Under the pieces are notes generated by a model, which saw nothing but the letters and a program-made list of their open reading frames with translations, searched no databases and was not told where the DNA came from. 64,000 nt of DNA, taken from a virus. Its lineage: Duplodnaviria; Caudoviricetes. The translations under genes were made by a program, and so were the position numbers. Below, piece after piece: positions 57,340 to 64,000 of the stretch. The stretch is taken from the IMG/VR virus record IMGVR_UViG_3300031418_000003; one strand, written 5' to 3'. Position 1 is the stretch's first letter. The number at the start of each line of letters is the position of its first letter.

Positions 57340-57759
57340 TTAATGGAAGGTTGCGTATTCAGCTTCAGCAACGGCCTGATCAACTTCTTTAGGGAAGATC
57401 ATGTTCATTATGGTATCGTATTCTTCTGACATGGTAACCGCAGTGGCCAAGAAGCCCATTGGTTCAAGACGAGCACGAATCAACGAAGTAATTGAAACGT
57501 CGTCATTCATGTTGTGGTATCCGTATACAAAGGCTTCAGCAATTGCGGGAAGATCGATGTCGCGACGCGCACGCTGACAAATAAACTCGGCCTTATCATA
57601 AACAGCAACTGCAACAAAGGCAACAGCTTGTTCAAAGGTACCAGCTTCAAATACGATACCTTTAGTTTTCTGAAGGAAGATTTCAAAGTCACGATCGGAC
57701 AAAGTGAAATCTTGTTTACCGGTTAATTTACGAACTGAGTTTTCAAAATGAGCTTTCAT
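57340..57759 (-). CDS. Hypothetical protein
   Basis: 139 aa ORF; AAGG RBS. Confidence 0.7.
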   Translation of the reverse strand: MKAHFENSVRKLTGKQDFTLSDRDFEIFLQKTKGIVFEAGTFEQAVAFVAVAVYDKAEFICQRARRDIDLPAIAEAFVYGYHNMNDDVSITSLIRARLEPMGFLATAVTMSEEYDTIMNMIFPKEVDQAVAEAEYATFH

Positions 57760-57776
57760 TTAAATACCTTAAATTA

Positions 57777-58418
57777 TTAATTAGTTTTAAAATCGATAAT
57801 ACGACTACTTGTGTTTTTCAGAATACGGCAATGATGATCTGCTTTTTCTTCCAGCATCATCATAACTTCGATAGGATAAAGATTATCGCTGTAACCGGCT
57901 TGTATCGAAGAAATATACAACCCTTTAATGTTGTCCGCGTCACTGCGAAATTCAATTATCGTTTCAGTGAGATCAACGTGGATCGTTGCGACCACTTTCC
58001 GATACTGCTCAGGAAACTTATACATTTCTTCAAATTCTTTATACCAACAAAGATATAACGCCCCAGTCATTTCTTCTGGATCATATCCACCTGAAGTAAT
58101 AGTATTAAGAATACTGCTGAACTCACCTTTTCTGGTGGCGTATCGATTACCTGAAATAACACTCATGTTTTTCAACAAGGTATCTGACTTTGAATTTTCT
58201 TTGTTTAATTGATCGCAAAGTTCTTGTGCCTCTTTCATGGCCAGTTCAAACATAGCTTTAGAGTATGGTCGTTGGTTGGGAACATGCTGATCGGCTAAGA
58301 TGATAATTTTATTTACATTATCATGCCAACCATATGAGAGAGTTCCATGACTACCTTCCACCACTACCGCGATTTCTAAACGTTCTTGTCCAGTCGGGTG
58401 CTTTTGAACAATATACAT
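57777..58418 (-). CDS. Hypothetical protein
   Basis: 213 aa ORF; early motif at 58459. Confidence 0.7.
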   Translation of the reverse strand: MYIVQKHPTGQERLEIAVVVEGSHGTLSYGWHDNVNKIIILADQHVPNQRPYSKAMFELAMKEAQELCDQLNKENSKSDTLLKNMSVISGNRYATRKGEFSSILNTITSGGYDPEEMTGALYLCWYKEFEEMYKFPEQYRKVVATIHVDLTETIIEFRSDADNIKGLYISSIQAGYSDNLYPIEVMMMLEEKADHHCRILKNTSSRIIDFKTN

Positions 58419-58556
58419 GTGAAGCCTCTTGAATTATTTAGTTGAGTTATACACTTAAATAATATAAGACTCAGTTAGAATGCAACTAAACTATCCTTTG
58501 TAACGCGCTGTACAGCGCTCTAAGCTTATGTTCGCACCAACGAAGGTGAATGTCTT

Positions 58557-60881
58557 ATGAGTCAATTGGAAAGAGCCAAAAAGGTTCTGGAGCATCTTGG
58601 GTTAAAATGGTCCCAGCTCCCCGACTACTTAATGGATGACAAAAACAAACGTACGCAGTTGGCAGACGAAGATACTCGTATCCTAGCCCACTTTGAGGAA
58701 GACACGCTCTGGACATTAAAGACCGTCCGGTTCCTGAAAGACTTCCAACGGTACAATGCTGGTATCCATTTCAACACGTCAAATAAATCATTTAAACGTA
58801 CTGCAGAATTGTTCCGCAGTATGGGGATTAAGAACTACTATTTCATGTTGCAGCTAAACAACCCTATGCTGCAAGATGTGGATCCCTGGGATCCTAACCT
58901 CGATGATGTCACCCGCGCAATGATCCATAACGAATGTAATGAAAACATTTGGTACATCATTCGTGAAGTGGTCATGATTGGTGGGCGGCGTTTCCGTGGT
59001 AACCGTGCTGTCCTGTCATTTATCTGGGCATGCCTTTGTCATATCCCAACGACCATTCTAATGCCACGTCAGTCTGGTAAAACGGTGGGAATGCAGGTAC
59101 TGGCCTTTATCATGCAGTACTTTGTGGGTCGTGGTTATCGAACCGGGTTAATTACCTTGGCCGCATCAAACCGAATGCAGTTCGTGGAAGCCATCAAGAA
59201 GATCAGGGCAGGTTTACCCGATTACCTTATCAATGTCACTTACAAAGACAAAGATGCTGGTAACATGCTGTCCTATGAAGCATTCGGGGTCGAGTTCAAG
59301 AACACCTTTGAAGTGCGTGTTCCCTCCGGTGGTGCCGACGGTGCTGAGAACGTATCGCGTGGTTCAACCTTTGAATCACTGCTGTATGACGAACCGGCCT
59401 GGACTAAGTACATTGAGAATATTATCAATGGCTCGGGTCCTGCGACCCTGACTGCTCAGAAGGAAGCCCGTGAGAAGGGCATCCCGTACTTCACTGCCAA
59501 AGCAACGACACCTAACTCAGTATTAAAAGAGGAAGGTCGTTTCATGCACCAGGACTTCATGGACTCAACTGAGTGGCGTGAAGCGTTCTTTGACAGCTTC
59601 TCTGAAACCCATCTGGTCAAACGTCTGATCAAAGCGTCTCCTATCAGTAACGTCACCTTCCCGAAACTGGGTATGATGTTTACACACCTTCAGCTTGGCT
59701 TGGGTCACGCTTGGGTAAAAGAGACAATGGATAAGCTGGGTCTGTCTTGGTCTAAAGCTAAGATTGACTTGTTGATGATGTGGACGGAAGAGGGCGAGAG
59801 TAAACTCTTCGATGACTTCACGCGTGAGAAGTTGAACGAAGCCAAACAAGATCCGGTCTGGAATGAAGAAGTCAATGACACAGGGTTGTTCATCGACTGG
59901 TTTATAACCAAAGATGAATTGGAAGTGTTTATCAACGACCCTGATGAATATTTCTTTATGGGAATGGATACCTCGGATGCGAACAACCGAGATGCAATGA
60001 CATTGGTTATAAGGCGAGCTAAGACAGGTGAGAATGTCGGGACAGGTCGATACCCATTGGCGTTTGCCGATGACGTGACAGAGGTATTAAAAGAACTTCT
60101 GATCCGTATCCCCAACAGTCTTCTGTTGATTGAACGTAACCGTGCCGCTCACATGATCGAGCGTCTCTTGTTAACTCTTCCGGCTTATAACATTGATCCA
60201 TTCAGACGCATCTTTAATGACATCATTCAAGACCCGGTGAAATACAAGAACGAATACAAAGATGTGAGTGAGATTCACTTTAAACATCGCAGTAAAGAGT
60301 TCTACTTGCGCTTCAAACGTTTCTTTGGTTTCTACACTGGACCACAGACTCGCCGTGAGATGTATGGGTTTATTCACGAGGCTGTCTCGTTAACTGGTGC
60401 CGGCATTCGCTTTAAACTGTTGGTTGATGAACTGATTGGTTTGGAGATCAACAAAGAAGGTCGTATCGATCACGGAAACAAAACCCACGATGACTTGGTG
60501 GTGGCGTGGTTGTTGTCTTACTGGTTTATTAAACTCGGTTATAACAAAACGTATTATGGTATTCCTCAGGGAATGGTCATGACACAGATTATAACCTTGA
60601 AGAACAACGGTGATGCACCGCAATACACTAAGAACCAACTGGAAATGTTTATCAAGATCAAATCACGGATTAATGACCTGACCAAGGAGTTGATGCAAAC
60701 CACCAATAACATCATTGCAGAGCGTATTGAGATGGAGGTTCGCAAGCTCTCTGAGTTTATTCCTAAAGAGATGAAAAAGACCATCACCATCGATAACATT
60801 CTGGAAGAGGCGAAAGCTGAACGTAATAAACGTGCAGTGGCTAAACGCACTCGCTTTAATGGATCAGTCCGTTACCGATAA
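58557..60881 (+). CDS. terL: Terminase large subunit
   Basis: Walker A PRQSGKT; Walker B LLYDE; nuclease GMDTS and HDDLVVAW. Confidence 0.93.
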   Translation: MSQLERAKKVLEHLGLKWSQLPDYLMDDKNKRTQLADEDTRILAHFEEDTLWTLKTVRFLKDFQRYNAGIHFNTSNKSFKRTAELFRSMGIKNYYFMLQLNNPMLQDVDPWDPNLDDVTRAMIHNECNENIWYIIREVVMIGGRRFRGNRAVLSFIWACLCHIPTTILMPRQSGKTVGMQVLAFIMQYFVGRGYRTGLITLAASNRMQFVEAIKKIRAGLPDYLINVTYKDKDAGNMLSYEAFGVEFKNTFEVRVPSGGADGAENVSRGSTFESLLYDEPAWTKYIENIINGSGPATLTAQKEAREKGIPYFTAKATTPNSVLKEEGRFMHQDFMDSTEWREAFFDSFSETHLVKRLIKASPISNVTFPKLGMMFTHLQLGLGHAWVKETMDKLGLSWSKAKIDLLMMWTEEGESKLFDDFTREKLNEAKQDPVWNEEVNDTGLFIDWFITKDELEVFINDPDEYFFMGMDTSDANNRDAMTLVIRRAKTGENVGTGRYPLAFADDVTEVLKELLIRIPNSLLLIERNRAAHMIERLLLTLPAYNIDPFRRIFNDIIQDPVKYKNEYKDVSEIHFKHRSKEFYLRFKRFFGFYTGPQTRREMYGFIHEAVSLTGAGIRFKLLVDELIGLEINKEGRIDHGNKTHDDLVVAWLLSYWFIKLGYNKTYYGIPQGMVMTQIITLKNNGDAPQYTKNQLEMFIKIKSRINDLTKELMQTTNNIIAERIEMEVRKLSEFIPKEMKKTITIDNILEEAKAERNKRAVAKRTRFNGSVRYR

Positions 60882-60900
60882 AAAAAATAAGATAGATGAG

Positions 60901-60928
60901 GAACCTCTACCCATGTGGGTAGAGGTTC
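60901..60928. terminator. Bidirectional terminator
   Basis: gaacctctaccc/gggtagaggttc with an A-run. Confidence 0.75.
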
Positions 60929-60934
60929 AGTCTA

Positions 60935-61492
60935 TTATGAGATGCTGATTACCAGACCGTTTGTTTGATGGGTAAAGATAAGAGTATCTGTGAGTGCGGC
61001 GATTAACTGCTCCTCGTATCCAGATGAATGAAGGGATGAGTAAATTGGCTTGTCGTTTTGGTAAACATCAATAAACCGCATTTCACCTGATCCGGTTGGT
61101 ATTGTGTAGACATGCGCATTTAAGCTACCTGGGAGCAAAGAACTGACGAATTGAAAATCATTAACTGTTTGTACAATCGATCTCACTACCCGTTCTACTT
61201 CATCTTTGACATACTGTTGTGTGTGAACCGTTAACAGGTAAACAATATTGTCGATAGTTAGTGTAGACACACTGTGACCATCTTTCTCAATATTAACATT
61301 AATTGACGTTATCTCTTTTCCATTAATAACGATCCCGTAGCTTACATTTTCGCCAATGATAGTACGAATCGCATAAACACGATATTCTGGCCAAATAGAG
61401 ATGTAGCGAGGTAAAGCGTTGATATTGGCTTTGTCAATAATATCTGAAAACTTCTTAGCAATTAATGTGAAGTTTGATTCGCTGATGATCAT
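60935..61492 (-). CDS. Hypothetical protein
   Basis: 185 aa ORF; early motif at 61532. Confidence 0.7.
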   Translation of the reverse strand: MIISESNFTLIAKKFSDIIDKANINALPRYISIWPEYRVYAIRTIIGENVSYGIVINGKEITSINVNIEKDGHSVSTLTIDNIVYLLTVHTQQYVKDEVERVVRSIVQTVNDFQFVSSLLPGSLNAHVYTIPTGSGEMRFIDVYQNDKPIYSSLHSSGYEEQLIAALTDTLIFTHQTNGLVISIS

Positions 61493-61567
61493 AATAAATC
61501 CTATTTAAATTAAGCGTTGGTTAACAAGTAGATAATATAGGTCTTAGTTTAAATAGAAACAAACATA

Positions 61568-61597
61568 TTCCTACTCTCCCTTGCGGAAGAGTAGGAA
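61568..61597. terminator. Terminator hairpin (CTAC/GTAG family)
   Basis: ttcctactct/agagtaggaa stem. Confidence 0.65.
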
Positions 61598-61605
61598 CCA
61601 TGAGA

Positions 61606-63363
61606 TTACGTTGTTGGTGCCGTGATTTCATTACAGATAGCTGCAGAAACACCCAGTTGCAATTCATTACCATCGGACTCACGTAATACCCAACGGATAT
61701 AAAGTGTGGTGCCGGTACTCAGTGCAATACTGGAGATCGGTAGCTGATTGAATGCCGCTACTGGAATACCACTGGTAAAGGTACCGTCTTCACGAACCAG
61801 GTCAAAGTGCGTAGGTGTCGGTGCTTTAACTTCAGTACGAACATCGTACATCGGTGCAAACGCCCAATAACCTGCATCCAAGAACTCGTCGATTGTGGTG
61901 ACGGTTGCAAAGCGACCTGGGTTACCACCACCCACTTGCTGCCAGAACTCGACTACCATGTTCGGGAAGCCCGGTGCGTTGTAGTCATGGCGAATATTCC
62001 ACTTACGACCCGGTGCACTTGGTGGGTTGAATAACGTGATCGTGCTGTACTGAATGAATGCCCACGGTTCATAAATAGCAGAAACATCCCGCATATTTAA
62101 GTTGAACACCATTGGTTGTTCCTGACCGAACAGTTGACCCTGGAAGACCGGCGAGGTTTCATTCAAGGTAACTTTGTCAGTCACGTCACGACAGTACTTG
62201 CGATCCAGGTCAGTTAACCAATGTTTCAGTTTATAACCTGCCGCACTATCCCAATAAGGATAGGTATAGATACGCGGACTGTACGCACCCTGTGCCGGTG
62301 TTGCCACAATCTCATACAGATTAGACATGTGACGTGGTGCGCCCGGTTGAGCAATGGATGCTTGCTCGCTTTCACTGAAGAAGTACGTCAACACAACTGC
62401 ATCGGAGATTTGTCCCGGTGTCGTTGGTTTGTACTGATTGATACCATCCAGACGGAATCCGTTATCACCGTTGAAGGAGTTAACCGGTTGTTCAGAAGTG
62501 GTGCCGTCACTGTAGTGAACCAATGCACGGAACTCAACAGCACTCAGTGGTAAGTTCACCGGAATAAACAAGGTGTTCGGTTTGGTACTGTTTGTAAACC
62601 ACGGAGCCAACAGTTCAATAGAAGTGATGTACTTCTTATCCAACTGATGATCACGCAGATACGCACAGTGTTGAACTACGACCGGATAGGTTGGCGGAAT
62701 AGGGCGACCAGCCTGATCGTAATAAACCAGTGTACAGCGAGTACCGTTTGGAAGAGCAGCTTCGTTCTGAGTTACACTGAACGAGTTACACCCCATAACC
62801 ACATTGTTTTCTAGGTTATCGTAAACCACAGGAGAAACACCAATCTGATTATTCACCAGATCCATGTTGGCGTAGGTCGCAGAAATGATCTCGCCTTTCT
62901 CACTGATGATCGCCCCTTTATACAACATCGCATACGCAGCATTCGGCGCCACCGCATTAGCATCCACACGAGCCACCGCAGGACGAGTAGAGAAGTCAAT
63001 GGCTAATGCCAGCTCACCTTGCAGGAAACCGTATTCGTGCTGAGGGAAAAGATCGTAATCTGAAACATCTTTCTCAGGTAAGAGGAAGTAGTTCTCAAAT
63101 GTACTTTTCCAGGTGTTGTATTTATCAACATGTTTGACAATCAGAAAACGATTGTCATCGACATCTACAACCAACTCACCTTCCAATGGGATGATGTATT
63201 TCGCCATATCCGAAACCGGATGGATGTCCGGGTCATAGATCTGGCTGAGATACCAAATGCGTTTGATATCACCTTCATTACGAAGGGCAGGTTCATTTCC
63301 AGGAACCACCCCAGTTGTTTTCGCAGTAGATGTTGCGCTACCGCTAAATAAGTTACTGCTCAT
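61606..63363 (-). CDS. Virion structural protein next to terminase (phiKZ gp26-like position)
   Basis: 585 aa, beta-rich; terL-adjacent synteny. Confidence 0.7.
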   Translation of the reverse strand: MSSNLFSGSATSTAKTTGVVPGNEPALRNEGDIKRIWYLSQIYDPDIHPVSDMAKYIIPLEGELVVDVDDNRFLIVKHVDKYNTWKSTFENYFLLPEKDVSDYDLFPQHEYGFLQGELALAIDFSTRPAVARVDANAVAPNAAYAMLYKGAIISEKGEIISATYANMDLVNNQIGVSPVVYDNLENNVVMGCNSFSVTQNEAALPNGTRCTLVYYDQAGRPIPPTYPVVVQHCAYLRDHQLDKKYITSIELLAPWFTNSTKPNTLFIPVNLPLSAVEFRALVHYSDGTTSEQPVNSFNGDNGFRLDGINQYKPTTPGQISDAVVLTYFFSESEQASIAQPGAPRHMSNLYEIVATPAQGAYSPRIYTYPYWDSAAGYKLKHWLTDLDRKYCRDVTDKVTLNETSPVFQGQLFGQEQPMVFNLNMRDVSAIYEPWAFIQYSTITLFNPPSAPGRKWNIRHDYNAPGFPNMVVEFWQQVGGGNPGRFATVTTIDEFLDAGYWAFAPMYDVRTEVKAPTPTHFDLVREDGTFTSGIPVAAFNQLPISSIALSTGTTLYIRWVLRESDGNELQLGVSAAICNEITAPTT

Positions 63364-64000
63364 TCTTCACCTCAAAGTGTCCTTCGATGGCTACCTTACC
63401 TTTAAGGTAGAGTTCGTTCACCATCTTAATAAAGGTAAGCTGATCCGGCGTAACTGTAGGGCGAGTGAGGTTACTGTACGGATGGACCGTAAAGTACTGA
63501 AGATCAAACCCAAGGATAATGGGGTCGTACTTCAACATCCACTCGTACTCTTTAATCACTTCATCCACAGTTTGCGGTGGATAAGGTACCGCTTTACCAG
63601 ATGGTTTCGGTGCGTCCATGAACCCTAAGATCAATTCATTCACCACCATGCTCAGGAACGGACTAAACAAAGTATATTTGTCACCGGCCATATAAATCAC
63701 ATTCAGTGGTTCTACTGACTTATATTTCACATTGGCTGTTAAGTAATCACCGACAGTTTGATCCAATTTCTGGGCGTCGTCATAACCCCAGTATGTGTCG
63801 TACTTGTCCACATACTTGTTGGCAGAGTAAATGTGCTTCACCTCGTAGGGCATGCCATTTAAACTCTTCATGTTGTCACCGTGGTGGATATCTTCCGCCT
63901 GGTCAACAGTCTGGGTTAAATACAGACGACCATTGATGATGGTCTTGGTTGGGCGGTCAATACGAAGATTGTAACGACCGTTGTACCCAATGACCCCATC
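63353..64000 (-). CDS. Virion structural protein, C-terminal part (truncated by window edge)
   Basis: The 63353..63871 frame stays open to position 64000. Confidence 0.7.
   Translation of the reverse strand, partial: DGVIGYNGRYNLRIDRPTKTIINGRLYLTQTVDQAEDIHHGDNMKSLNGMPYEVKHIYSANKYVDKYDTYWGYDDAQKLDQTVGDYLTANVKYKSVEPLNVIYMAGDKYTLFSPFLSMVVNELILGFMDAPKPSGKAVPYPPQTVDEVIKEYEWMLKYDPIILGFDLQYFTVHPYSNLTRPTVTPDQLTFIKMVNELYLKGKVAIEGHFEVKNEQ

Noticed and set aside
1-64000. CRISPR array, IS element or integrase
   Set aside because: No regularly spaced direct repeats; dispersed palindromes are terminators; no transposase or integrase motifs

Overview
This window is part of a nucleus-forming (phiKZ-like, Chimalliviridae-type) jumbo phage genome. 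Left part (1-29 kb, mostly minus strand): the conserved core block. It holds non-virion RNA polymerase subunits (beta' C-terminal, beta C-terminal, beta' N-terminal with DFDGD, and a probable gp68-like specificity factor), probable PicA/Imp1, an SSB-like protein, an SbcD-like nuclease, chimallin, a family B DNA polymerase and PhuZ tubulin. It also has an orphan HigA-like gene and an Acb1-like phosphoesterase. Middle (30-47.9 kb): a tailspike/AmsF-like gene and a long run of minus-strand ORFans. From 47.9 to 53.7 kb there is a plus-strand island unusually rich in structured non-coding sequence. It contains a Tad2-like gene, an HNH gene flanked by two copies of a structured motif, a glutaredoxin followed by a free-standing peptide resembling the NrdA C-terminal CxxC tail, and a ~1 kb ORF-free structured RNA with a complete hammerhead ribozyme core. 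Right end: virion proteins, dTMP kinase and the terminase large subunit. No canonical tRNA, rRNA or CRISPR array was seen. phiKZ gp equivalences rest on motifs plus remembered synteny, not on database searches.
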